Assembly: GCA_965603515.1 (NCBI GenBank) | Contig: CBFDDH010000005.1 | Coordinates: forward strand, 27,886-91,885 | DNA: 64,000 bases | Reading direction: 5' to 3' | DNA from: an uncultured bacterium | GTDB lineage: Bacteria > Hydrothermota > Tepidihabitantia > SM23-42 | In this document: positions 55,663 through 64,000 of the stretch, piece after piece | How the letters are laid out: the number at the start of each line of letters is the position of its first letter | Numbering within the stretch: position 1 is the stretch's first letter | Made by a program: the position numbers and the translations under genes | The notes under the pieces: generated by a model | Seen by the model: only the letters and a program-made list of their open reading frames with translations | What the model was told of the DNA's origin: nothing | The model's database searches: none

Positions 55663-55977
55663 TCATAGTACGGTAAACTTCTCGACTCTTCCCGCGATGC
55701 GGGAATCGCTCGAAGGTTAATGTCATTATTGTTCGAGCAACCCCGCACTTTGTTAGACAAATACTAATATATTACACATAAAGCTTATTTGGGTTCTACA
55801 AGAACAGCATACGCATTCATAAAACCTGATTCAAAACAAAGACGGGGGCGTCGAGAACTACATTGCGGAACTTCTTGACTTCTTATGCGAAACTCCAAAT
55901 TCAAACGACCAAAACAATTTGGAATTTTGAAAATTCGAGACTGGAATTTGGGGCTTGGCTCTTGGAGCTTTTCTTTT

Positions 55978-57435
55978 CTAGTGCCTGAAATGCCTCATGT
56001 GCGTGAAGACCATCGCCATATCATGTTCATTACACGCATCAATCACTTCCTGATCACGTTTTGAGCCACCCGGTTGGATCACTGCGGTCACACCACTTTT
56101 CACGGCGGTATCAACGCCGTCGCGAAAAGGAAAGAAAGCATCTGAACCCATAACAATACCGGCGCTTCTGTCAATGGACTGCTGCACCGCGATCTCTACG
56201 GCACCGACCCTTGAAGTCTGGCCCGCGCCGATACCCACAGTCCTTCCTTTTATCGCAAAAACCACTGAGTTTGACTTGGTCCATTTGACTACTTTCCAGG
56301 CAAATTTCAAGGCTTCAGTCTCATAGTCATCAGGCGCTCTCTTGGTAACTACTTCCCAATCCTTGACATCTCCTTTATCACGTTCCTGAACCAAGATACC
56401 ACCAAAAACCGGACGATACACAATCGGCAATATCAGTTCAGGCGACAATTCTACAATTCTTAGGTTTTTCTTGGTCTTCAGGATGTCGAGTGCATCTTTT
56501 TCAAAATCCGGGGCAATAATAACTTCGAAGAAGTGCTTTTTAATCAACTCAGCAGTTGGTCCAGTGACTTTCTGGTTAAATCCCACGAGACCGCCAAAAG
56601 CAGACATTGAATCAGCCATATATGCGCGCTCAAATGCCTCTTCCTGGCTTTCTCCGATCGCAACACCACATGGTGTCTGGTGCTTGATAACTGCACAAGC
56701 TATCTCATCAACAAATTCATTTGCTGTACCAAATGCAACTTCGGCATCAAGGATATTGTTATAGGAGATCTTTTTGCCACCATGTATTATAAAACCATCT
56801 TGTTGTAGTTTATTGAGATAGAAAGCTGCTTTTTGATGCGGGTTTTCGCCATAGCGCATGGGGATAAACCGCTCCGCACCAACCGAGAAATATATCTGTC
56901 TATCAATGTCCTCACCAAAATATTCAGCAATAATAACGTCATACCAGGCGATATAGCGGAATGATTGTTTTGCCAGGTCCAAGCGAAAGTCCTCAGTAAA
57001 GCCATCATTCTTCAGCACCTCGATGATCTCGTTGTACTGCACTGGGTCATAGGCAACTCCAACTTTCTTATAATTTTTTGCTCCTGCCCGTAGCAAAGTC
57101 ACGCCACCAATATCAATGAACTCAACCATTTCATCTAAGGATTTACCTTTTTGCTCGAAAAAGGGATAGAGGTTACAGACCACAAGGCCGATTTCTCCGG
57201 TCTCAAGGATTTCTTTTGCAATCTTTTGACTGAGCGTTTTTACCCGTTCGCTTTCTGAACCACCTGTATAATCACTTATCTTAACTGCTTCAATACCATT
57301 TTCTTTCAGCAACTTATGAGTACCGCCCGTAGCGATTATTTGAAAACCAAGGTTTGCCAAAGATTTGGCAAAATCAACAATACCTTCTTTATTAGCCACA
57401 GATATAAGGGTTTTTTTATTTATTTTTTGTACCAT
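55978..57435 (-). CDS. purH: Bifunctional AICAR transformylase / IMP cyclohydrolase PurH
   Basis: 485 aa. N-terminal MGS-like domain (ALISVSDK-type: LISVANKEG...ATGGT) and AICARFT domain. Confidence 0.9.
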   Translation of the reverse strand: MVQKINKKTLISVANKEGIVDFAKSLANLGFQIIATGGTHKLLKENGIEAVKISDYTGGSESERVKTLSQKIAKEILETGEIGLVVCNLYPFFEQKGKSLDEMVEFIDIGGVTLLRAGAKNYKKVGVAYDPVQYNEIIEVLKNDGFTEDFRLDLAKQSFRYIAWYDVIIAEYFGEDIDRQIYFSVGAERFIPMRYGENPHQKAAFYLNKLQQDGFIIHGGKKISYNNILDAEVAFGTANEFVDEIACAVIKHQTPCGVAIGESQEEAFERAYMADSMSAFGGLVGFNQKVTGPTAELIKKHFFEVIIAPDFEKDALDILKTKKNLRIVELSPELILPIVYRPVFGGILVQERDKGDVKDWEVVTKRAPDDYETEALKFAWKVVKWTKSNSVVFAIKGRTVGIGAGQTSRVGAVEIAVQQSIDRSAGIVMGSDAFFPFRDGVDTAVKSGVTAVIQPGGSKRDQEVIDACNEHDMAMVFTHMRHFRH

Positions 57436-57437
57436 GA

Positions 57438-58631
57438 TTAAGCTCCAAATTTGTTTATTTTTAATGCATGTGCCAATAATAACGGCATCAAATCAAGTGA
57501 CCTCATCCTACCTAAAGTACCAGTTACGCAATTCCTTTCAGTGAAATCCTTCTTTTCCGGAAAGACATATTTCGAATATATTAACAAGGGATTTGGATGC
57601 CATGAATGTGAGTGGAGCAAGGCAGGGGTGGAGTGATCTGCTGTAATACAAAGAACTTCAGGCTTCAATTTCAGGATATCAGGTAATTTATTGTCAAATG
57701 CTTCAATGCATTTAACCTTCATCCTCTGGTCACCATCCTCACCAGCTTTATCAGTTCCTTTGATATGAAAAAAGAAAAAGTCAAATTTCAGATAATTCTC
57801 CTTTAAGGTTTTTATTTGATCGGAGATCGTCTCACCGGTTTTCAAAACGGTCATGCCGACTAACCGGGCAAGACCCCGATACATTGGGTATGTTACAATC
57901 GCTGCTGGGTTTATACCGAACTGTTTGTCCATAGACTCCAGGTTAGGGTTCCTTGCATATCCTCTGAGCAGAACATAGTTTGCCCTTTCTTCATCCTTGA
58001 GAATCAAAGCAGCAGTTTTTATAAAAGTATTAATGACTTCTGCGGACTTTTCAGCGACTTTGTTCTTTGCCCTGACAAATACACGAGGTTGGTTTTCCTT
58101 TTGTGGATCAGCATCAGTTAGGTCCTGAGAAAGCTCTGCATCCTGAAATTTCACCACAAATCTATGTTCTTTAGCCGGTTTGATGATCAGTGGAATCCCT
58201 TCAATCGTTTTGATCGCAGCCTGTAATTTATTGCATAACCTGGTACATTCTTCAGTTGAAATACGTCCGGCCCGGCGATCCGTGATAACCTTATCACTTA
58301 TCGTTGCAAAATTCCCCCGTATTGCCAAATCCTTTTCCTCGACATCCAGACCAATACCTAAAGCTTCAAGCACACCGCGCCCGATCTGGTGCTCTATGGG
58401 ATCATAACCAAACATAGCAAGGTGTGAAGGACCGCTGCCTGGTGTAATACCAGAGGCAATAGGGGTTGTTAACCCAAAACTGCTTTTCTTTGCCAGTTTA
58501 TTCAGGTTAGGGGTTTTCGCCATCTCCAAAGCGGTCTTGTCCGGGTTTGGCAAATCGCCCAGCCCATCTAGGACAATAAGCATTATCCTGTTTTCATTTT
58601 TGGTCAATAGGTCTTGCAGAATCTTTGACAT
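57438..58631 (-). CDS. apgM: Cofactor-independent phosphoglycerate mutase, archaeal-type (ApgM family)
   Basis: Start taken at MSKILQDLL (GGAG RBS). Metalloenzyme motifs LIVLDGLGD, ...ADHSTP. Confidence 0.75.
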   Translation of the reverse strand: MSKILQDLLTKNENRIMLIVLDGLGDLPNPDKTALEMAKTPNLNKLAKKSSFGLTTPIASGITPGSGPSHLAMFGYDPIEHQIGRGVLEALGIGLDVEEKDLAIRGNFATISDKVITDRRAGRISTEECTRLCNKLQAAIKTIEGIPLIIKPAKEHRFVVKFQDAELSQDLTDADPQKENQPRVFVRAKNKVAEKSAEVINTFIKTAALILKDEERANYVLLRGYARNPNLESMDKQFGINPAAIVTYPMYRGLARLVGMTVLKTGETISDQIKTLKENYLKFDFFFFHIKGTDKAGEDGDQRMKVKCIEAFDNKLPDILKLKPEVLCITADHSTPALLHSHSWHPNPLLIYSKYVFPEKKDFTERNCVTGTLGRMRSLDLMPLLLAHALKINKFGA

Positions 58632-58861
58632 ACCCACTCCTTCTCGTTGAGTCATTACTATATCCGAAAAAAGCAGCAAGTCAAGATGAAAGGAAGGAAG
58701 TTAGGTTTAGGTTAGGAAACGAGAATATACTATATCCAGCATCTTAGCCCCTTGCCCATCTTCCATATTCTCTAGATTCCAAACCCAAAGCCATCATCTA
58801 TTTTTATCAGTTGACTATTGTACGGGGGCTGTATATAATACTGAAAGAAAGGAGCAAAATA

Positions 58862-60331
58862 ATGAAAAAAATTCTTGGTATAGTTATAATCATCGTGATA
58901 TTTGCGGTAAGCATTTACCTGATATTGAAAATACCAAAACCGGAAAAGCTCGTTGTCGATCAGAACCAACTATCTACCGAACTGGAGAATACTGAGGAAT
59001 GGCTTGGTATCTTCCTCCAGGGACAACGCATCGGTTATTCCTTTACTAAAATTATAAAAACTGATACTGGTATCGTTGTTGAAAATCGCAGCCGTATGAG
59101 CTTGATGATGATGAACGCTCAAAGGACTGTTGATACGCATATTTATAGTCATACTAATAAGGAATACGTCTTAAAAGAATTTAAACTGCATCTTGAAACT
59201 CTCGGTCATGAATCAAAGATTGAAGGTAAGGTACAAGGGAAGAAGCTCCTCTTAACCGCCTATTCACAGGGCACACCAGAAACCCACACCATGATACTGA
59301 AAGAAACACCATATCTGCCCAGTGCTATTGAAGAAGTGATAAAAAACAAAAAGATGAAAGCCGGCGACGAAATCACCCTCCCCTATTTTGATCCAACTAC
59401 CCAATCCTCAGCTCAGGCCCATATCAAAATGTTTAATAAGGAAAAAGTAACTGTGTTAGGTGAGGTATATCTTGGAACAAGAGTGGAAATCGATATTATG
59501 GGGTTAAGTGAAATAGCATGGTTTGATGACGATTTCAAATTGATCAAACGAGCCTCGCCAGCAATGGGCATGGAAATGATACCTTTGTCAAAAGAAGAAG
59601 CGCTCGCCGATATAGAACCATCTGAAGCATTTGATCTCCTTTCTTTCTTTTCAGTAAAACCAGACAAACCACTTGGCGACGCTGGAAAACTAGCTTTTCT
59701 AAAACTCAAGCTCGGAGATATTACACCCAGTGGTCTGGACCTCGATGATGATTTTCAGAAATTGGTCAGTCAAGAACCCCTTATCCTGGAATTTTACTTA
59801 CCAAAGCTCGCTGAATTACCTGAATTTAACACACCCATCAAAGAACACGATGAATTCCTCAAGTCGTCACTCTACATACAATGCGAAAATGCACAGATAA
59901 TTGCCAAGGCAAAGGAAATTGTTGGTGGCGAAAAGAACGCCAAGAAAATTGTTGCCAAGCTCGTGACTGGCGTGTACAGGATGCTCAAAAAGAACCCTAC
60001 GGCATCCTTACCATCAGCCATTGATGTATTGAAAACAAAAGAGGGTGATTGCAATGAACATGCAGTGCTGTTTGCCGCTTTGGCGCGTGCTTCGGGTATT
60101 CCAACTAAGATCTATGTGGGTTTGGTCAGTCTCCAGGGTTCGGCATATTTTTATCACGCATGGTGCGCTGTTTGGATTGGGAAATGGGTTCCAGTTGATC
60201 CAACATTCAATCAATTTCCCGCTGACATCGGTCATCTAAAATTGAAAGAGGGAGAAGTCTCTGAATGGGCGAAAGTCCTGAAAGTTGTCGGCAAATTGCA
60301 GATCAACGTGCTTGATTCGAAACTAAAATAA
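58862..60331 (+). CDS. Transglutaminase-like (Cys-protease fold) domain protein, N-terminally membrane-anchored
   Basis: Start at MKKILGIVIIIVIF (GGAG RBS). Catalytic-core-like EGDCNEHAVLFAALARASGIPTKIYVGL...YHAWCAVWIG...VDPT. Confidence 0.65.
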   Translation: MKKILGIVIIIVIFAVSIYLILKIPKPEKLVVDQNQLSTELENTEEWLGIFLQGQRIGYSFTKIIKTDTGIVVENRSRMSLMMMNAQRTVDTHIYSHTNKEYVLKEFKLHLETLGHESKIEGKVQGKKLLLTAYSQGTPETHTMILKETPYLPSAIEEVIKNKKMKAGDEITLPYFDPTTQSSAQAHIKMFNKEKVTVLGEVYLGTRVEIDIMGLSEIAWFDDDFKLIKRASPAMGMEMIPLSKEEALADIEPSEAFDLLSFFSVKPDKPLGDAGKLAFLKLKLGDITPSGLDLDDDFQKLVSQEPLILEFYLPKLAELPEFNTPIKEHDEFLKSSLYIQCENAQIIAKAKEIVGGEKNAKKIVAKLVTGVYRMLKKNPTASLPSAIDVLKTKEGDCNEHAVLFAALARASGIPTKIYVGLVSLQGSAYFYHAWCAVWIGKWVPVDPTFNQFPADIGHLKLKEGEVSEWAKVLKVVGKLQINVLDSKLK

Positions 60332-60349
60332 TCACCATTAAGAAGAAAT

Positions 60350-61093
60350 ATGAAAACCCTCGTTATAAGAAAACTGCGCAAGCGCTTCGGTAAAGCATGG
60401 GCGCTCAAAAATCTTAACATTGAATTAGACCGCGGCGAGATCTTTGTACTTTTAGGACCTAATGGCGCTGGTAAAACAACGACACTTAAACTTATTGCTG
60501 GTCTTTTCCACCCTACGCACGGTGATATATTTATCAAAGGCATGAATTTAGCTGAAGAACCATTGAAAGCAAAGCGCTTGACCGGCTACATTCCAGATGA
60601 ACCTTTCATTTACAACAAATTGACCGGTCGTGAATTCATTAATTTCATCGCTGGTATCTATAAGATCAACAAGGACCAATATGAAAGCCGAATGAATTCG
60701 CTTTTGCGGAAACTCGATATTGGTGGATGGATCGATGATTTCTCTGAAACCTATTCCCACGGCATGAAACAAAAGATAATAATGTGCCAACTATTTCTCC
60801 ATAACCCTGACTTGATATTGATCGACGAACCGCTTGTTGGGTTAGATCCGAAATCCAGTAAATCAGTGCGCGAAACCTTTTTGCAACTGAGAACACAAGG
60901 TAAGACCCTGTTTATCTGCACTCACACGCTATCATTTGCCAAAGAAATCGCGAGTAAGATCGGCATTATTAATAAAGGCGAATTAAAATTTATCGGCACG
61001 CTCAGTGAACTTTCAGAGATCTCAGGAAAAAAAGATATTGAGGAAATATATCTTAAGCTCTCCCAAGAGACTCCTGTAGAACCTGAGGTATAG
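60350..61093 (+). CDS. ABC transporter ATP-binding protein
   Basis: Walker A GPNGAGKTT, signature YSHGMKQK, Walker B LILIDEP. Confidence 0.85.
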   Translation: MKTLVIRKLRKRFGKAWALKNLNIELDRGEIFVLLGPNGAGKTTTLKLIAGLFHPTHGDIFIKGMNLAEEPLKAKRLTGYIPDEPFIYNKLTGREFINFIAGIYKINKDQYESRMNSLLRKLDIGGWIDDFSETYSHGMKQKIIMCQLFLHNPDLILIDEPLVGLDPKSSKSVRETFLQLRTQGKTLFICTHTLSFAKEIASKIGIINKGELKFIGTLSELSEISGKKDIEEIYLKLSQETPVEPEV

Positions 61094-61108
61094 ACAAACC
61101 CCTGAACA

Positions 61109-62761
61109 ATGAGAGATTTTTTCATCATAATTTTCACCCGCATTAAGATAATCGTCAAATCTTTACTTTCAATGCATGCCATTGAACTACTATCATTCGT
61201 CATTGTGATCGGTTGTTTTCTTTTCGGCTCTTATTATGTATTCTTCCGTATCTTCAAGTATCTGGTGACCGTCGAGGCGATTGGTCTTGCACTCATGGAT
61301 CGAATAATTGAAATGGCTTTTTTTGTCTTCTTTACTATGCTCTTATTCAGTAATGTAATAACATCATTCTCAACTTTCTATAATAATAAAGAACTGGATT
61401 TTCTGTTTTCCTTACCGATCCAGCCGACGTCAATATACCTTAGTAAACTGTTTGAAAATTGCATTTATGCATCTTGGGCAACAATGATCCTTGCCCTGCC
61501 TTTGCTTTCTGCTTATGGAATAGTAACCCATGCACCGGTTTTTTACTACCCTCTGTCGATTGTTAGTATCTTGATCTACTTGATCATCCCCGCCACAATG
61601 GCGTCCTTATTGATCTTCGCCATTTTCCGGATTTTTCCTAAGTTGACTTCAAGAGATGTAATAGTCCTATCGGTCACTCTTATCATCGGGTTGACCTACT
61701 TATTCGTTAAAACCAATAACCCCGAACTCCTCAAGGTCTTTGAGACTGACAACGAACAAGAACTTTTGAGGTTTGCCACCAATCTAACAACGGTGGGCGG
61801 TACTTTTGTTCCATCAACTTGGCTAACCAATATAATAAAGCGTCTGAGCGGTCGCGCAAATCTAGGTTTTTTCTATTTTGCATTGCTTTTCTTCACTAGT
61901 CTAAGTATGACGATCATCGCTTTTTTCGCGGCCCGACTTCTCTATGCAAAATCCTGGGCACTTATCAATGAACACGGGACAAAAACAAAACGAAGGAAAT
62001 CACGCCTCCATGAATATAAATATAATCAGTCAAGTACATTATTCTTCAAAGACTTGCTCGTTTTTATCCGTGAACCTATTCAATGGGTACAGCTGTCGAT
62101 CTTCATAATACTATTAGTCGTATATATGATTTCTCTGAAGAGAACCCCTCTATACTTCACTTTTCCCGTATGGCGCACTATTGTATCGTTCCTCAATTTT
62201 ACCTTTGTCACTTTTGTATTGGCAACCGTGGGCGTAAGGTTCATATTTCCAGCGATAAGTCTTGAACGTGCTGGCATTTGGTTTATCTGTTCTTCACCGC
62301 TTTCTTTGAGCAAGGTCATGAAGATCAAGTACTATGCAAACCTAATAATGGCGATATTGATCCTGGAGAGTCTTTTGATCATCTCGAATCTATTCATCAA
62401 AACTGACTCCCAGATGTATATCTTGATGCCTGCAATAGCGTTGTTTGTTGCCGCATCTTTAGTCTCGATAAACCTCGGTTTAGGTGCGCGGTTCCCGCAA
62501 TTCAACGAAACCAATCCATCAAAAATCGCGGCGGGCGGCGGCGGGGTTATTGCTGCTCTTGCAAGCATCGCCTATGTAGGGATCTCGATAATAATTCTTG
62601 CCACGCCAGCGTATCATTATATAACAAGTAAATACTATGATCGGCCCGTCAACCACCTCATGATATTGGTTCCTCTGATAGTCTTTCTCATCCTTAATAC
62701 AATTACGATCATCTTTCCTTTGCGCATGGGTCTCAGATCCCTTGAGCAAAGAGACTTCTGA
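61109..62761 (+). CDS. Large polytopic membrane protein, probable permease partner of the adjacent ABC ATPase (putative ABC-exporter type)
   Basis: 550 aa, at least 10 predicted TM helices, no ATPase motifs. Confidence 0.5.
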   Translation: MRDFFIIIFTRIKIIVKSLLSMHAIELLSFVIVIGCFLFGSYYVFFRIFKYLVTVEAIGLALMDRIIEMAFFVFFTMLLFSNVITSFSTFYNNKELDFLFSLPIQPTSIYLSKLFENCIYASWATMILALPLLSAYGIVTHAPVFYYPLSIVSILIYLIIPATMASLLIFAIFRIFPKLTSRDVIVLSVTLIIGLTYLFVKTNNPELLKVFETDNEQELLRFATNLTTVGGTFVPSTWLTNIIKRLSGRANLGFFYFALLFFTSLSMTIIAFFAARLLYAKSWALINEHGTKTKRRKSRLHEYKYNQSSTLFFKDLLVFIREPIQWVQLSIFIILLVVYMISLKRTPLYFTFPVWRTIVSFLNFTFVTFVLATVGVRFIFPAISLERAGIWFICSSPLSLSKVMKIKYYANLIMAILILESLLIISNLFIKTDSQMYILMPAIALFVAASLVSINLGLGARFPQFNETNPSKIAAGGGGVIAALASIAYVGISIIILATPAYHYITSKYYDRPVNHLMILVPLIVFLILNTITIIFPLRMGLRSLEQRDF

Positions 62762-62884
62762 GCCTCGCTTCGCTTGATTTTCTTCTCCCAAAGAAGGTGT
62801 GTTTTGAAAATTTGAATTTAGGATTTATGTATTATTTAGAGTTTAGAATTTTGATATTAGGATTTGACCGACCTGCCGTGAGGT

Positions 62885-63709
62885 TCAACCAGGATATTTT
62901 TTCTTTATAAAACTGATAACCTCTTCAACCTGCTCCTTGGGGGTTGACGCACCAGCGGTCACGCCAATACTCTTGACACCTTCAAACCAGTCAATTATGA
63001 CATCATCAACAGATTCAATGTGATAGGATGGTTTTATTTTCTTGCACATTTGGTAGAGCCGCGTTGTATTGGCGCTGTTCTTACCACCAACAACCAGCAT
63101 CATATCAGCTTTCTCTGCAATACGCATAGCCTCTTTAGTACGCAGAATCGTTGCCTTGCAGATTGTGTTGTAGATTTTCATCTCTGACACACTGGGAATG
63201 AGATTGGCGATCGCCTCATTCAGATGGACTAAATCAAGCGTTGTTTGTGGAACCACGCCGATTTTATGTTTTTTGAGCTTCAGGTCCTTTGAGTACATCA
63301 CTGCTCTGTTACCTGCATAGCCCAGGAGACCTTTTACTTCAGGATGATCTTTTTCACCAATGATTACAACATAATAACCTTCAGTGATGAGGCTTTCTAC
63401 ATAACGTTGAGCCCGACGCACCCTTGGACATGTTGCATCGATTATTTCAAACTTTTTTCTTTTCAGTTTCTTAAGAAGCACTGGTGGTATCCCATGCGAA
63501 CGGATTATTACTTTTCCGCTCTTGATATCACTGATTTTGTCCACCGTAATAATACCTTGCTTTTTTAGACTCTCGACTGCCACCCGATTATGAATCAATG
63601 GACCAAGCGAATAGACTTTGCTTTGCTTTCTTGTGGCTTTAAGTGCCGTCTCAATCGCCCTTTTTACACCAAAACAAACTCCTCCGTAACGTGCGCGATA
63701 AATTTTCAT
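62885..63709 (-). CDS. ispH: 4-hydroxy-3-methylbut-2-enyl diphosphate reductase
   Basis: 274 aa. RARYGGVCFGVKRAIE, HNRVAVESL, and three conserved Cys. Confidence 0.9.
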   Translation of the reverse strand: MKIYRARYGGVCFGVKRAIETALKATRKQSKVYSLGPLIHNRVAVESLKKQGIITVDKISDIKSGKVIIRSHGIPPVLLKKLKRKKFEIIDATCPRVRRAQRYVESLITEGYYVVIIGEKDHPEVKGLLGYAGNRAVMYSKDLKLKKHKIGVVPQTTLDLVHLNEAIANLIPSVSEMKIYNTICKATILRTKEAMRIAEKADMMLVVGGKNSANTTRLYQMCKKIKPSYHIESVDDVIIDWFEGVKSIGVTAGASTPKEQVEEVISFIKKKYPG

Positions 63710-64000
63710 CTCAGTTTCAATACCTCTTCTTTCAATCTCTGACTAAACCGCTCCATATCTTCACGGTTATTCTCATAACCTGCAGGAGAGATGGGCTTGC
63801 CAAAGCTGATTTTAAGTCTATCTGAACGCAGAACAAGTCGCAAAAACCGCTTATTAGAATTCGCTATGTACGTCGGAATAACCGGGATCCCCATATTTGT
63901 TGCAAGATAACTGACGCCAGGATTAAACGGTAGCATATGTCCTTTTTTTGACCTCGTACCCTCTGGGAAAATAACGACTACCGCACCCTTTTTTAGTAAT
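63706..64000 (-). CDS. 1-acyl-sn-glycerol-3-phosphate acyltransferase (PlsC family). N-terminus lies beyond the window end (5' partial).
   Basis: Reverse translation of 63937-64000 gives ...LLKKGAVVVIFPEGTRSKKGHM (acyltransferase motif III FPEGTR), continuing into the track ORF MLPFNPGVSYLA... 4-nt overlap with ispH. Confidence 0.6.
   Translation of the reverse strand, partial: LLKKGAVVVIFPEGTRSKKGHMLPFNPGVSYLATNMGIPVIPTYIANSNKRFLRLVLRSDRLKISFGKPISPAGYENNREDMERFSQRLKEEVLKLR

Overview
This 64-kb window appears to come from an uncultivated anaerobe of the FCB superphylum. The lineage inference rests on two secreted BNR/Asp-box proteins with T9SS C-terminal sorting domains. The organism uses sigma70-type TTGACA-N16/17-TATAAT promoters, often with very short or absent leaders, and it uses selenocysteine.

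Three accessory regions stand out.

(1) 1-7767: a signalling island built around type IV pilus / T2SS-type motor ATPases. It holds a response-regulator receiver (REC) domain fused to a GspE/PilB-type ATPase; this gene runs off the window start and is therefore missing from the ORF track. It also holds a small Hpt-like protein, a CheY-like REC, a stand-alone MshEN-type GspE N-domain carrying both c-di-GMP-binding motifs, PilT, and two diverged pseudo-receiver paralogs in inverted orientation. A 25-bp perfect palindrome lies between the divergent operons.

(2) 15558-31142: one long minus-strand operon behind a near-consensus promoter. It encodes a six-gene 2-oxoacid:ferredoxin oxidoreductase set in the order delta-alpha-beta-alpha-beta-gamma. 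Next come a ~1460-aa HdrL-like HdrA-NfnB/GltD-HdrA fusion, MvhD, an HdrD-like protein, HdrC, HdrB, an HdrA-MvhD fusion and a 51-aa zinc-ribbon ORF. Both HdrA-type genes carry an in-frame TGA at the conserved DCxxC position, which reads as selenocysteine. Each TGA is followed 20 nt later by the same 18-nt hairpin with a GGUC loop. The ORF track splits both genes at the TGA.

(3) 8619-14294: a 1891-aa lipoprotein alpha-2-macroglobulin with an intact CLEQ thioester and no PBP1C partner.

The rest is housekeeping: pstSCAB-B-phoU (minus strand) with tandem pstB genes, uvrA, nnr, tatC, tRNA-Ala(GGC), a TPR lipoprotein, an HNH nuclease, purH, apgM, a transglutaminase-like protein plus an ABC pair, ispH and a partial plsC.

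One more non-coding feature is a 96-bp structured repeat present twice (40058-40153 and 45645-45740), each copy abutting the -35 box of the downstream gene.
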